Assembly: GCA_964566255.1 (NCBI GenBank)
Contig: CAZMID010000003.1
Location: 5,145 to 69,144, forward strand
Source of the DNA: an uncultured Planctomycetia bacterium
GTDB lineage: Bacteria; Omnitrophota; Gorgyraeia; Gorgyraeales; Gorgyraeaceae
Direction of reading: 5' to 3'
Length of the DNA: 64,000 nt
In this document: piece after piece, positions 1 to 10,364 of the stretch
Numbering within the stretch: the stretch's first letter is position 1
Layout of the letters: each line of letters opens with the position of its first letter
Made by a program: the position numbers and the translations under genes
The notes under the pieces: generated by a model
The model's database searches: none
Told to the model about the DNA's origin: nothing
The model's input: the letters and a program-made list of their open reading frames with translations, nothing else

Positions 1-28
1 TGCTTGTTCTTAGACATAGACTAAATCC

Positions 29-57
29 TTGACATAATTAAGCTAATATGTTATTCT
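29..57 (+). promoter_or_regulatory. Candidate sigma-70 promoter for rpsT. The -35 is TTGACA at 29-34, followed by a 17-nt spacer. An extended -10 TGtTATTCT lies at 49-57. A GAGG ribosome-binding site sits at 77-80, 11 nt before the ATG at 92.
   Basis: Read directly in the sequence upstream of the only plus-strand gene. The genome is AT-rich, so chance matches are possible. Confidence 0.4.
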
Positions 58-91
58 TAGGCCTACAATAAAAAGCGAGGAAACAACAATA

Positions 92-364
92 ATGCCAATA
101 TTACATGCAGCTTACAAAAGCATAAAGGTAACCAAAAGAAGAACTGCTAGAAATCTGTCTATAAAATCCCTTCTTAAGACAGAAACAAAAAAATTCCTTG
201 ATCTAATAGCAGAAAAAAAGCTCAATGAAGCCAAAAAACAGCTTGTAAGGCTTACTTCAGAGCTTGATAAGGCGACTTCCAAAGGCATAATCCATAGAAA
301 CACTGCCTCTCGTAAAAAATCTCGCCTTATGAAAAAACTGCATTCTTCATCAAGTAAATCCTAA
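92..364 (+). CDS. rpsT: 30S ribosomal protein S20
   Basis: The 90-aa basic protein has the typical S20 N-terminus (…AAYKSIKVTKRRTARNLSIKS…); the size matches. Confidence 0.85.
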   Translation: MPILHAAYKSIKVTKRRTARNLSIKSLLKTETKKFLDLIAEKKLNEAKKQLVRLTSELDKATSKGIIHRNTASRKKSRLMKKLHSSSSKS

Positions 365-367
365 TCC

Positions 368-1324
368 CTACGAACACATCTTTACTATCAATCTCTCTAT
401 TACAGGTGCAGGGGAACTTCTTTTTATATCAAGATCTGATTTTAAGATCTCATTTAATAAAGTAAGTAGTTGTCTTTTTTCAAATCTAGATGAATATCTT
501 ACAATCTGATCAAACTTCCTAGGACTTAAAGCAAGATCCCTACGTATATCCATCTTATTTTTAACCCTTAAAAGCTCTTTTACCCTTAAAAACATCCTGG
601 CATTCCAGGATAAAAGCCCTAAGAGTTCGATTTCCTTACGTTTATCTTTTTTTAGAGTTGAAAAAACCTTTAAGGCCTTTTTAACATCTTTCCTTTCTAT
701 GCTGTCTATTAAGTCAAATGCAGTATGTGAAGGGCTTTTGCCTATTGCATCTTCAATATCTTGTTTTGCAACAAAAGTCTTCTTACCTATATATAAAATT
801 ATATTCTCTATATTGCTTGATAAGACTCTTAAATCATTAGGAAGGCTTTCCTTTATTGCGTTAACTGCATCAGAGGATATCTTTTTGCCTGATAAAGATA
901 CTCTTCTACTAATCCACGTTGTAAGACCTGAATCTGTAAGAGGTCTATAATAAACTAACTCAGTATATTTTGAGGCCTCCAATAAAAACTTACCCTTTAT
1001 AGCTGGCGTTGGACTTTCAATAATAAATAAAGAAGTCTTTTTTTGATTATGTAAATAAGAAATAACTGATTCTTTTTCAGCTAGAGGCAAATTATCAGCG
1101 TCTTTTAATACAATAAGACGCCTTTCTGATAAGATAGGTGCAGTATTTAAGGCATCTAGCATTTCCTTAATGGTATTCTTTTTATCTTTTGCATAAAATA
1201 CACTGTAATTAAGGTCTTTTGCTCCTTTTCCTAAAAATCTAGACCTTAATTTTTCAATGGCTTCTTCTTTTAAGAAACCTTCTTCTCCAAGAAAAAGATA
1301 AGTAGATAATTCTTTGGTGGGCAT
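368..1324 (-). CDS. holA: DNA polymerase III delta subunit
   Basis: 318 aa. The N-terminus shows the delta pattern (…YLFLGEEGFLKEEAIEKLR…, …RLIVLKDADNL…). It is followed by a C-terminal helical domain. The neighbouring LptE-like gene matches the classic lptE-holA linkage. Confidence 0.7.
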   Translation of the reverse strand: MPTKELSTYLFLGEEGFLKEEAIEKLRSRFLGKGAKDLNYSVFYAKDKKNTIKEMLDALNTAPILSERRLIVLKDADNLPLAEKESVISYLHNQKKTSLFIIESPTPAIKGKFLLEASKYTELVYYRPLTDSGLTTWISRRVSLSGKKISSDAVNAIKESLPNDLRVLSSNIENIILYIGKKTFVAKQDIEDAIGKSPSHTAFDLIDSIERKDVKKALKVFSTLKKDKRKEIELLGLLSWNARMFLRVKELLRVKNKMDIRRDLALSPRKFDQIVRYSSRFEKRQLLTLLNEILKSDLDIKRSSPAPVIERLIVKMCS

Positions 1325-1335
1325 AATGAAGGATT

Positions 1336-1881
1336 TTACCAGTTTTCAATAATCTTATTTACTATTTCTCTGGCCAGGTCTGAGGCAGCAGAATCTATGG
1401 CTGCAGTCTCTGACTCTTGCAATGAACCTGTAGTAAAATAGGTCGTATCCCCTATGATATTCTCTTCTTTTAATAAATATTCTGAATTTTTAGAATCTTT
1501 TAAACTAACATTACAAACTAAACTAATTTCATATTCAGTAACGTCTTCATCCTGATATCTCAATGGATCTTTCCTGTATTCTATGATTTCTCCTTCGAGT
1601 ATACTATCGGCCCTATTACGAGATTTGAGTTTTAAATGACCATCTAAAAAAATTCTTTCAACAATGGCATCTCTGATATCTACTTCAAGACCAGGCCTAT
1701 ATACCCTATATTTATCTTTAGCACTTACTTCTTTTGCTATATCAATATTATTCTTAAATATATCTATATGAATGCTCTTTATATCGGAAGGAAGCATAGC
1801 CTTAGTTGTATAGCCACAACCAGCTAAAAATAAAAGCACATATACGCACAATAATAGCTGACTATTCTTTCTCAATCTCAC
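1336..1881 (-). CDS. lptE: LptE-like LPS-assembly lipoprotein
   Basis: 181 aa. It has a signal peptide and an LAGC lipobox followed by GY (compare E. coli LptE, TAGCGWH). It sits immediately upstream of holA, as in the conserved leuS-lptE-holA arrangement. Confidence 0.45.
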   Translation of the reverse strand: MRLRKNSQLLLCVYVLLFLAGCGYTTKAMLPSDIKSIHIDIFKNNIDIAKEVSAKDKYRVYRPGLEVDIRDAIVERIFLDGHLKLKSRNRADSILEGEIIEYRKDPLRYQDEDVTEYEISLVCNVSLKDSKNSEYLLKEENIIGDTTYFTTGSLQESETAAIDSAASDLAREIVNKIIENW

Positions 1882-2809
1882 TGAGTTTCTCCTTAGCCTT
1901 TTGAGCCCATTCTGTATCAGGATAATTTTGGATTATATCTTCGTAATATATGACTGCACTTTCAAGTACACGTCGTTTCTCATAAAATTCTGCTGTATTA
2001 TACGCGTTCTGAGCCTCTTTATGTTTGAGCTTATCGATAATCTCTTTGGCCTCACCTGAGAGATCACTTTCAGGATGCTTCTTAACAAAATCCTCAAATT
2101 CCTCCCGGGCAACTATAGTAGGAGTCTGGTCATAATCAGCCTTTAAAGAGACCTCCTTTGAGCATCTTGCCAACTGATATCTCGCTTTATCAATAAGTTT
2201 GGAATTCGGATATTTATCTATAAGGTCTTTAAACATCATTATGGCATTATCATAATCGGATATATCTTTATAAGCAAGACCTGCATTAAAAATAGACGTC
2301 TCAGCATATTTTCCATAAGGGGCATTATCAGCAACTGTCTTAAATATCTCTATTGCCTTATCTTTGGCAGAAACTTTCAAAGGACCTAAGACATTGATCT
2401 TTTTTCCTAAGAAAAAGAGCTCTCCTATCTTAAATTCCCTTTCTATTACCTCATCCACAAGTTCTGTGTAAGGGTATAGATCTATTACCTTCTGATAGGT
2501 CTTAAATGCTTCATAATGCCTATCTAGGCTTTCCATTATACGACCTATATAATATTGAGCAGTTGGGGCCTCTTTAGAAAGTGGGTAGTATTTTATTAAC
2601 TTCTTGAACTCCCTGAGAGATGCCTTAAAATTAGATTTCTCATAAAAACCTTTGGCATACAAAAGCTGATCCTCAGGCGTATCCTTAGCAGCATATTTAG
2701 GATTTTCCCACTTGCCGCTTTCGGGAGTCCATACCCAATAGGAAAAAAGAGGCTTTCCTATTAAGCATATACTAGCTATCATTAAGATTATGAGTATGTT
2801 ACGCATCAT
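1862..2809 (-). CDS. TPR-repeat protein, possibly a BamD/YfiO-like outer-membrane assembly factor
   Basis: 315 aa. An N-terminal hydrophobic segment is followed by several TPR-like helical repeats (…LYAKGFYEKSNFKASLREFKKLIKYYP…). The context includes LptE. There is no canonical lipobox. Confidence 0.4.
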   Translation of the reverse strand: MMRNILIILMIASICLIGKPLFSYWVWTPESGKWENPKYAAKDTPEDQLLYAKGFYEKSNFKASLREFKKLIKYYPLSKEAPTAQYYIGRIMESLDRHYEAFKTYQKVIDLYPYTELVDEVIEREFKIGELFFLGKKINVLGPLKVSAKDKAIEIFKTVADNAPYGKYAETSIFNAGLAYKDISDYDNAIMMFKDLIDKYPNSKLIDKARYQLARCSKEVSLKADYDQTPTIVAREEFEDFVKKHPESDLSGEAKEIIDKLKHKEAQNAYNTAEFYEKRRVLESAVIYYEDIIQNYPDTEWAQKAKEKLSEIEKE

Positions 2810-2841
2810 GAGTTAAATCTTATCATACCTGTTTAAACCTG

Positions 2842-4245
2842 TCAACCAAGATAGAAGTGACCAAATTTTAAAGAGGAAAAGAAATCCGTAAGGTAAAATA
2901 TCGCCTGGATCAAAAGATTGTTAAATAAGACTATCATCCCTCCTAGAAAAGGCACCCATCCTAGCATAAGGAAGCTCAAACCCCCTATCAATAATATAAA
3001 CAACGTAGGTATAATTAAAAGATTGGCAACAATGGCAATAGGGGTAATTATCTTAAAATAGTATAATATTAAAGGGGCTGTTCCTGTAAAAGCTGATATT
3101 GAAACTGCTAAAGGCATATAAAACCATCTTCTGGCATAGAAATTCACATCCTCTCTTATAAGACGCATAAGCCTAGGTGCTATATATATAATAGAAAGTA
3201 CTGCTAAAAAAGAAAGCTGAAATCCTATATTAAAGAGGTCTTTTGGGTTTTTGATTAATATAAAAAGCGCTGCAACCCCTAAAGAGTTATACACATCTAC
3301 CCTCCTTCCTAATAGCATACCAATAAGAAAGATAGAGGCCATAACAACTGCCCTTACAACCGAAGGCCTTGAAAGAGTCAGAAGAGCAAAACCTATCAAA
3401 AATAACATAGTAAATATATAACAAGGAATTCTTGGTATTCTTAAAAATCTTAATAAATAAAGAATAATAAGCGTTATAAAAGCAACATGGAGACCACTTA
3501 TTGCTAAGATATGTATAGTGCCTGAATGCTTAAAAGAAGTCTGGATATCCTTCGAAAGCTCTGAGCGATCACCTAATAAAATAGCTCTTAAAAAGGCACC
3601 ACTAGCAAGTGGCATATTTTCAATGATTTGGTTTTTTAATTTTTCACGTATAAGGTAAATATGCCTTAAGATAGGATTCGATTTATAATCGTTAGATAAA
3701 AGAGTAATATTATCTTCTTTTGTATATATAAGGGCATATATATTTTGCTGCCTTAGATATTCTCTGGATTTTCTTATGGTGCCTTTTACTAATAATTTAT
3801 CTGAATACTTGAAAGGTTTTTCTGTTTGTATGCTGATATTAGCCAATCCTTTAATATTTAACCATTTATTATCAATTTTTATCCCTTCTATCTCAAATAA
3901 ATAACTGGAGGATATCTTTCCAAAATAAGGCCTTCTAGTTAACTCAGGCCCTTTTACAACGCCTACTATTTCTATTTTTAAAGAATCTTCTTTTAAAAAA
4001 TGACTGATATGATTATTAGAATGGATATTACTATTAAGATATAGGAGGCTAGCAAAAAAAGTTACAGATAAAAATAAAAAGATATTCGAACTCCTCTCGT
4101 ATCTAAAAAATACGAAAGAAGCTAAAATAAAAATTGAGGTGGTTATAAAAATATGATGAAATCTAACTATATCTGGAAAGAATTTACCTAAAATTATTCC
4201 TATTATAAAAAATATACTAATTACTGCAAAAGGTCTTTTATCCAC
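2842..4245 (-). CDS. comEC: ComEC/Rec2-family competence membrane protein (no metallo-beta-lactamase domain)
   Basis: 467 aa and polytopic. It has the characteristic …HILAISGLHVAFI… competence-domain motif. The start is a GTG at 4243-4245. Confidence 0.65.
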   Translation of the reverse strand: MDKRPFAVISIFFIIGIILGKFFPDIVRFHHIFITTSIFILASFVFFRYERSSNIFLFLSVTFFASLLYLNSNIHSNNHISHFLKEDSLKIEIVGVVKGPELTRRPYFGKISSSYLFEIEGIKIDNKWLNIKGLANISIQTEKPFKYSDKLLVKGTIRKSREYLRQQNIYALIYTKEDNITLLSNDYKSNPILRHIYLIREKLKNQIIENMPLASGAFLRAILLGDRSELSKDIQTSFKHSGTIHILAISGLHVAFITLIILYLLRFLRIPRIPCYIFTMLFLIGFALLTLSRPSVVRAVVMASIFLIGMLLGRRVDVYNSLGVAALFILIKNPKDLFNIGFQLSFLAVLSIIYIAPRLMRLIREDVNFYARRWFYMPLAVSISAFTGTAPLILYYFKIITPIAIVANLLIIPTLFILLIGGLSFLMLGWVPFLGGMIVLFNNLLIQAIFYLTDFFSSLKFGHFYLG

Positions 4246-4389
4246 TGATACTTATTAAATCCTTCGCCTTTCTAGAATCAGATATATTATTAGAATAAAC
4301 TAGAAGTATAAAGACCAATCCTATAATAAGAAAGGTAAGAATTGCATACCTTTCAGATTTTGAAAAATATAACATAGAATATGCCTAGA

Positions 4390-5031
4390 TTATTCTTTAG
4401 GAGAGGGGTTGGTTTCTTTTAATGCCTTCAGATCTTCTTCAGTTAAAATACTTACAAAATGAGCGGACATCTCTTGTCCCTGCTGATCAAAGACAACACT
4501 GACTGTATCGCCTATTTTTATATCTTTAAAAGCCATTGCAGTAGCTTTTTTTATTATAGGGGTATTTTTAAGATTGATTTTTATCTTTAATATCTCACTA
4601 AAAATTTCGTCCTTTACCTCTATCCACGCTGTCAGATCTTTTCCTGAGTATTTGTTTACTACCTTTCCCATTGAATTGCCTATTATAGGGGTTTGTGGAA
4701 GTACGTTAGAAATAGGCATGGGTACATTAATCGGAAAACTCTGCACATTATGAATAGAAGTTTGAGAACCTGTACTAGTCGACGGTATATTTATAGTACT
4801 GTGCGTAATGGAAGGACTTGCAATATGTGGTGATACAGTCGGAGAAATACCTGACGAGCCAGAAGGTACAACCGGAGGAAGTATGGGCCGGGGTGACTGT
4901 TGCTGAGAAGGGGCCTGATGTTGACTCGGCAGCGTCTGTTGCAACCTTCTATCCTCTGCAGAATAAACTAGAGTAGAATAAAAATAAATAAAACTAAATG
5001 CCAATATTGAATATATCAAATACCTTCTCAT
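4390..5031 (-). CDS. hypothetical secreted protein with a Pro/Ser/Gln-rich low-complexity N-terminal half
   Basis: 213 aa. A signal peptide is followed by a low-complexity stretch (QQSPRPILPPVVPSGSSGISPTVSP…) and a structured C-terminus. Confidence 0.4.
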   Translation of the reverse strand: MRRYLIYSILAFSFIYFYSTLVYSAEDRRLQQTLPSQHQAPSQQQSPRPILPPVVPSGSSGISPTVSPHIASPSITHSTINIPSTSTGSQTSIHNVQSFPINVPMPISNVLPQTPIIGNSMGKVVNKYSGKDLTAWIEVKDEIFSEILKIKINLKNTPIIKKATAMAFKDIKIGDTVSVVFDQQGQEMSAHFVSILTEEDLKALKETNPSPKE

Positions 5032-5492
5032 TTAGATTCCCCCTTTTCTACATCTTGCTCCTTCTCTTTTTTAACAAGAAGACCTTTTTCATCTGCAATC
5101 TTTACTATCTCTTTAGCAACATATTTTAATATATTCGTGCCGCTTTTTATCACTTTAATAGAAAGCTCTTTATTTTCAGGCGAAAACAATAAAAGTCCCA
5201 TCCTTATCTTTTTAAACGAGAGAACTATCATCTTATGCTTTATTGCCAAGACTTCTGGATATTTCGTGGATTCAAGCTGTGCCACATAAGTATCCATGCG
5301 CTTTACAGCTTCCTGCATAGGCAAATAATTCATCCCTACATTTCTTACTGTGATATCGACGTTTGTAATTATAGAAGAAATTTCTTTAAGATACACTACT
5401 ACTTCATCTTCATTTTTATTTTCCTCTGCCCTTACAAAAACACTAAATATAAGAATTACTGCTGCGATAAAACCAATATTAATTTTCTTCAT
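5028..5492 (-). CDS. hypothetical secreted protein
   Basis: 154 aa with a signal peptide. There is a 4-bp overlap with the upstream gene. Confidence 0.4.
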   Translation of the reverse strand: MKKINIGFIAAVILIFSVFVRAEENKNEDEVVVYLKEISSIITNVDITVRNVGMNYLPMQEAVKRMDTYVAQLESTKYPEVLAIKHKMIVLSFKKIRMGLLLFSPENKELSIKVIKSGTNILKYVAKEIVKIADEKGLLVKKEKEQDVEKGESK

Positions 5493-5835
5493 CTTCTATA
5501 TCCTCAAATCCGGTTACATGATCCCCTGTAAAATAAATCTTCTTCTTCCTTGAAAAATGCCTGAAGTCAAGTGGTGCCCCAGGAAACCATGGTTCATATA
5601 TCCATGCCTCTTTTTTAATATCCATATCGTCGTAACCCATATCTATTACTCTGTCAGGCTCTCCCCATTTTTCAATGACTTCAGCCTTATTCGTACCACG
5701 GACTACCATGGTCTTTGTACTTAAAGGATGAGTTAAGGCATATTTTGCAGAAGGAGTTTTTATATCTGCACAACTTGATAGAGAAGAAACTATTAAAAAA
5801 ACTGCTATAGAAGCTACTAATATTTGTCTAAACAT
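5479..5835 (-). CDS. hypothetical lipoprotein
   Basis: 118 aa with a signal peptide and an LSSC lipobox. Confidence 0.4.
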   Translation of the reverse strand: MFRQILVASIAVFLIVSSLSSCADIKTPSAKYALTHPLSTKTMVVRGTNKAEVIEKWGEPDRVIDMGYDDMDIKKEAWIYEPWFPGAPLDFRHFSRKKKIYFTGDHVTGFEDIEDEEN

Positions 5836-5848
5836 CGTACCACCCCCT

Positions 5849-8296
5849 TTATACTACGAGATTTACGATCTTCCCTTTGACGATGATAAATTTTTTAGGA
5901 CTAACTCCTTTTGTCCAATTATTGATATTAGAATCCTTGAGTACAATTTTCTTGATGGTATCTTCATCCGCAGTTGAAGGAACTTCTATTCGCGCTCTAA
6001 CCTTACCATTTATCTGGATAGGCAGTGTTATCTTATCTTGAGCCAATGCACTCTTATCATATAAAGGCCAGTTTGATTCAAAAACACTTTTTTTGTTTCC
6101 CAATCTCTCCCACATCTCCTCAGCTATATGTGGAACAAATGGAACTAATAATATTATAACTGTCTTTATTGCTTCTTCTAAATCTTTATTTTTTACATCT
6201 TTATTTTCATTCATAAAGGTGTAGATTTCGTTGGTAAGTTCCATTATTGCACTAAGTGCAGTATTAAAATGAAATTCTCCTTCCATATCTTCTGTTACTT
6301 TTTTAATCGTAAGGTGTGTTTTTCGTCTAAGAGAACTATCTTTAGAATCTTTTGATCTAACCAGTCTTAAATAACTATCTAAAAGCCTCCAAACTCTATT
6401 CAAAAATCTCCAAGAACCCTCTACCCCTCTATCATTCCATTCAGCGTCTTTTTCAGGTGGCCCTATAAACAATGTATAAAACCTAACTGTATCTGCTCCA
6501 TATTTATCAATAAGTTTATCAGGACTTACAACATTTCCTTTTGACTTTGACATCTTTTTACCGTCTTTTATAATCATGCCCTGAGTAAAAAGCCTTGCGA
6601 ATGGCTCTTTAAAATTCACATGCCCCATATCATAAAGAACCTTTACAATAAAACGAGAGTACATCAAGTGAAGTATAGCATGCTCTACGCCTCCTATATA
6701 CTGATCCACAGGAAGCCATTTATTAACCACTTCTTTATCAAAGGCTCTTTTTTTATCCCTTGGAGAAAGATACCGTAAAAAATACCAGCTGGAATCCACA
6801 AAGGTATCCATGGTATCTATTTCTCGAGTTGCCTTAGAATTACATTTAGGGCATTTGGCCTCGATAAACTTCTTAACATCTTTTAAGGGAGATTCTCCAT
6901 GAGGTTTGAATTTAACTTTTTCTGGTAAAACTACCGGAAGGTCTTTTTCTTTAACTGGCTGAATACCGCATTTATCGCAATAAATAATAGGTATAGGAGC
7001 GCCCCAATATCTCTGACGAGAAATAAGCCAATCCCTGAGTTTATAATGGACTTTGCGCCTGCCTATATTTTCATGCTCCATGTAACTAGATATCTTTTCT
7101 ATTGCCTCAACACTTGAAATCCCGTTGAACTTTCCGGAATTTACCATGATGCCTTCTTCGATATAGGCCTCTTTCATGGACTTTGCATTAAGAGATGCCT
7201 TAGGATTATCTATTACGACTTCTATAGGTAACTTATATTTCTTTGCAAATTCAAAATCCCTTTCATCATGTGCAGGTACTGCCATAACTGCACCAGTTCC
7301 ATATTCCATCAATACATAATTTGCAATCCAAAGCGGTATCTTTTTATTATTAACGGGATTTATTACATATCTACCGGTAAATATTCCTTCTTTATCGATA
7401 TCTGCTGAAACCCTTTCCAATAAACTTTCTTTTTTGACCTTGGCAATAAATCTTTTTACATCGCTTTCATTCTTGGACCCTTTTATTATCTCCTCTATCA
7501 ATGGGTGCTCTGCTGCCAATACCATATAAGTAGCTCCATAAATAGTATCAACCCTCGTCGTAAAACACTTAAGCACATCACTAGAATCATGCAGTTTAAA
7601 ATCTATTTCAACGCCGTGGCTTTTACCAATCCAATTCTTCTGCATTGTTTTTACACGTTCTGGCCAATCTTTTAAAATATCTAAATCCTTTAAGAGTTTT
7701 TCAGAATAATCAGTAATTTTAAAGAACCACTGTTCTAAATTACGTAGCTCTATCTCAGAAGAACACCTTTCACAACTACCATCTATAACTTGTTCGTTTG
7801 CAAGAACTGTTTGACATGAAGGACACCAATTTACAGACGCCTTCTTTTTATAGGCAAGTCCAGATTTATAAAGCTGTAAGAATATCCACTGCGTCCATTT
7901 GTAATAACTTGTCTCACAAGAAGCGATTTCTCTAGACCAATCATATCCAACACCCCAGGAATCAAGTTGGGCCTTCATTGTCTTAATATTATTCAATGTA
8001 GAAACCTTAGGATGAATATTATCTTTTATTGCTGCGTTTTCAGCTGGAAGGCCAAATGCATCCCATCCCATAGGCGTCAGGAGATTAAATTTCCTCATGA
8101 TTTTATAGCGCGCTACAACATCTCCTATAATATAATTCCTACCATGACCAACATGGAGACTCGAGGATGGATATGGAAACATCATAAGGCAGTAATACTT
8201 TGGCTTTTTAGAATTAAGATCTACTTTAAATAGGCCTTGTCTTTGCCATTTTTTCTGCCATTTTTTTTCAATCTTTTTGAATGGATAATTTTCCAT
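5849..8296 (-). CDS. leuS: leucyl-tRNA synthetase
   Basis: 815 aa. Both class-I signature motifs are present: HVGHGRNY (HIGH) and KMSKSKGN (KMSKS). The N-terminus is the characteristic M.NYPF..IEKKWQKKW. Confidence 0.95.
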   Translation of the reverse strand: MENYPFKKIEKKWQKKWQRQGLFKVDLNSKKPKYYCLMMFPYPSSSLHVGHGRNYIIGDVVARYKIMRKFNLLTPMGWDAFGLPAENAAIKDNIHPKVSTLNNIKTMKAQLDSWGVGYDWSREIASCETSYYKWTQWIFLQLYKSGLAYKKKASVNWCPSCQTVLANEQVIDGSCERCSSEIELRNLEQWFFKITDYSEKLLKDLDILKDWPERVKTMQKNWIGKSHGVEIDFKLHDSSDVLKCFTTRVDTIYGATYMVLAAEHPLIEEIIKGSKNESDVKRFIAKVKKESLLERVSADIDKEGIFTGRYVINPVNNKKIPLWIANYVLMEYGTGAVMAVPAHDERDFEFAKKYKLPIEVVIDNPKASLNAKSMKEAYIEEGIMVNSGKFNGISSVEAIEKISSYMEHENIGRRKVHYKLRDWLISRQRYWGAPIPIIYCDKCGIQPVKEKDLPVVLPEKVKFKPHGESPLKDVKKFIEAKCPKCNSKATREIDTMDTFVDSSWYFLRYLSPRDKKRAFDKEVVNKWLPVDQYIGGVEHAILHLMYSRFIVKVLYDMGHVNFKEPFARLFTQGMIIKDGKKMSKSKGNVVSPDKLIDKYGADTVRFYTLFIGPPEKDAEWNDRGVEGSWRFLNRVWRLLDSYLRLVRSKDSKDSSLRRKTHLTIKKVTEDMEGEFHFNTALSAIMELTNEIYTFMNENKDVKNKDLEEAIKTVIILLVPFVPHIAEEMWERLGNKKSVFESNWPLYDKSALAQDKITLPIQINGKVRARIEVPSTADEDTIKKIVLKDSNINNWTKGVSPKKFIIVKGKIVNLVV

Positions 8297-8304
8297 AAGA
8301 TAAT

Positions 8305-8378
8305 TGGTGGAGCTGACGGGAATCGAACCCGTGATCCGACAATGCCATTGTCGTGTGATCCCGCTTCACTACAGCCCC
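8305..8378 (-). tRNA. tRNA-Ala (anticodon GGC)
   Basis: Reverse complement: GGGGCTGTAGTGAAGCGGGATCACACGACAATGGCATTGTCGGATCACGGGTTCGATTCCCGTCAGCTCCACCA. It folds as a cloverleaf. It has the G3:U70 alanine identity pair, a TTCGATT T-loop and an encoded CCA. Confidence 0.85.
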
Positions 8379-8385
8379 TATCGTC

Positions 8386-8473
8386 TGGTGCCGAAGGTGG
8401 GAGTCGAACCCACACGAGGGGTTACCTCACACGATTTTGAATCGTGCGCGTCAGCCAATTCCGCCACTTCGGC
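8386..8473 (-). tRNA. tRNA-Leu (anticodon CAA), type II with a long variable arm
   Basis: Reverse complement: GCCGAAGTGGCGGAATTGGCTGACGCGCACGATTCAAAATCGTGTGAGGTAACCCCTCGTGTGGGTTCGACTCCCACCTTCGGCACCA. The anticodon loop is TTCAAAA. It has a long extra arm, a TTCGACT T-loop and an encoded CCA. Confidence 0.85.
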
Positions 8474-8485
8474 AATAGAGTCTAC

Positions 8486-9433
8486 TTATATATCTCCCAT
8501 GGATCTAAATTTCTTGTAACGTTCATCCAATAACTTCTCTATAGGAATTCCTTTAAGATCTTTTAGTGCCTTTTTTATGCATTTTTTTAATGACTGAGCA
8601 GTCTTCTCAGGATCTCTATGTGCCCCACCCAATGGCTCTGGGATTTCACCATCAATAATTTCTAAACTAATCAAATCTTTTGCAGTAAGTTTTAAGACCT
8701 CTGCCGCTAAAGGTGCCTTTAATCTATCCTTCCATAAAATCGCAGCACACCCTTCTGGAGATATTACTGAATAATAGGCATTCTCCATAACATAGACCCT
8801 GTCTCCTATTCCTATTCCAAGCGCTCCACCACTGCCACCTTCTCCTATAACTACTACGACTATTGGAACCTTAAGAGTAACCATCTCCATTAAATTATGG
8901 GCTATGGAATTGGCCTGACCTCTTTCTTCTGCTCCTATTCCAGGATATGCACCAGGTGTATCAATAAAAGCAATAATAGGTACGTTAAATTTTTCTGCGA
9001 GCTTCATGAGTCTCATTGCCTTACGATATCCTTCTGGATGAGCACTTCCAAAATTCCTCATGAGATTTTCTTTGGTGTCTCTTCCTTTTTGATGACCAAT
9101 AACAAGAACCTTCTCGCCGTCTATTTTAGCAAAACCTCCTACAATGGCCTTATCGTCCTGAAACATTCTATCTCCATGAAGATCAATAAAATCCACCATT
9201 ATCATATGTATATAATCTATAGTATAAGGGCGTTTTGGATGCCTTGCGATCTGGACCTTCTGCCATGGCGTAAGAGATTCAAAGATTTCCTTTCTTACCT
9301 TCTCAAGCCTTGCCTCTAAGGTCTTTATCTCTTCTGACAGATCAATACTGCCATCAGATGCAAGAGATTTCAATTCAGCAATCTTGAATTCTAATTCCAA
9401 TATAGGTTTTTCAAAATCTAATCCACTTGCCAT
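8486..9433 (-). CDS. accA: acetyl-CoA carboxylase carboxyltransferase alpha subunit
   Basis: 315 aa. It is near-collinear with E. coli AccA (…ARHPKRPYT…, …[18 protein letters not shown]…, …[11 protein letters not shown]…). Confidence 0.9.
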   Translation of the reverse strand: MASGLDFEKPILELEFKIAELKSLASDGSIDLSEEIKTLEARLEKVRKEIFESLTPWQKVQIARHPKRPYTIDYIHMIMVDFIDLHGDRMFQDDKAIVGGFAKIDGEKVLVIGHQKGRDTKENLMRNFGSAHPEGYRKAMRLMKLAEKFNVPIIAFIDTPGAYPGIGAEERGQANSIAHNLMEMVTLKVPIVVVVIGEGGSGGALGIGIGDRVYVMENAYYSVISPEGCAAILWKDRLKAPLAAEVLKLTAKDLISLEIIDGEIPEPLGGAHRDPEKTAQSLKKCIKKALKDLKGIPIEKLLDERYKKFRSMGDI

Positions 9434-9437
9434 AAAA

Positions 9438-10364
9438 TTAATCCACTATTGTAACCCTGGTACCGATAGGAATTATTGTGTAGAGTTCTTCTACGTCTTC
9501 ATTAAGCATCCTTATGCATCCTTGAGTACTCTGTTGCCCTAAGCTCTCTGGCTCTGTAGTCCCATGAATGCCATATCCTCTTTCAGATAATCCTAGCCAT
9601 CGTGAACCTAGAATATTTTTGGGGCTTTCTGCTGGTACTATTGCACCTTGAGCGTACCAAACAGGATCTTTAATCCTATTTACTATGTCAAAAGTACCTA
9701 CAGGTGTAGAATTATTTTTGCCTGTTGAGACTTTATATGCCTTTGTAATTGTATCTCCCCCTGAAAGTAGTGTTAAAATATTCTGAGATTTATCTATCAG
9801 TATGTTGTATTTAGCTGTTGAGACCTTGAGTTTTGAATGAGCACGTATTGTATCATCCTTGAGTAAATTGGAACGCTTTATAAGATCAACTGTGGTTCTG
9901 TATTTCTTAGCAATCTTTGAAAGGGTATCTCCTGGCTCAACCTTATAACGAACATCTTTGTCTGTAATAATAGGAGAAAAAAGTATGTCCATGTTGAGTC
10001 TTCCTAATCTTTGTTGTATATCACCTATATTATCCACATTCTGATATTTGGCGAGGATTACTTCGTATGTATCTCTTGCGTTAACAATATTATCCTTTTT
10101 CTCATAAGCCTCTGCCAAACCAAAATAGATCCTCCCTAATATGCTCAGATCAGGATTTATATTTGCAATATCATCTAACGAAGCCCTTGCTTCATCCAAC
10201 TTATCTTTTGAAATCAATTCCCTTACGGATTTCAATTCTGAAAGAGCACTATTATTGTCTCCTTTTTTTGTTCCAAGGGCCATAAAGACTAAAAGTATTA
10301 TCAAGGCTGCAGTAATTCCTACCCCTAATAATTTACTATTCACTGTTACCCCCTTTTTAACCAT
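9438..10364 (-). CDS. L,D-transpeptidase (YkuD domain) with a LysM domain
   Basis: 308 aa. It has an N-terminal membrane anchor. The LysM motif is [14 protein letters not shown]…DLIKRSN. The YkuD catalytic motif is …GIHGT…STQGCIRM. Confidence 0.75.
   Translation of the reverse strand: MVKKGVTVNSKLLGVGITAALIILLVFMALGTKKGDNNSALSELKSVRELISKDKLDEARASLDDIANINPDLSILGRIYFGLAEAYEKKDNIVNARDTYEVILAKYQNVDNIGDIQQRLGRLNMDILFSPIITDKDVRYKVEPGDTLSKIAKKYRTTVDLIKRSNLLKDDTIRAHSKLKVSTAKYNILIDKSQNILTLLSGGDTITKAYKVSTGKNNSTPVGTFDIVNRIKDPVWYAQGAIVPAESPKNILGSRWLGLSERGYGIHGTTEPESLGQQSTQGCIRMLNEDVEELYTIIPIGTRVTIVD

Noticed and set aside
4238-4378. A possible 45-codon small membrane protein on the minus strand (MLYFSKSERYAILTFLIIGLVFILLVYSNN…) between ComEC and the upstream secreted protein.
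   Set aside because: It has one hydrophobic helix but no convincing ribosome-binding site. It overlaps the ComEC GTG start and is too short to support without conservation data.
8221-8519. Three overlapping ORFs of 64-71 aa on both strands at 8221-8415, 8237-8440 and 8304-8519.
   Set aside because: They overlap the two tRNA genes exactly and are translations of structured RNA sequence. They do not code for protein.
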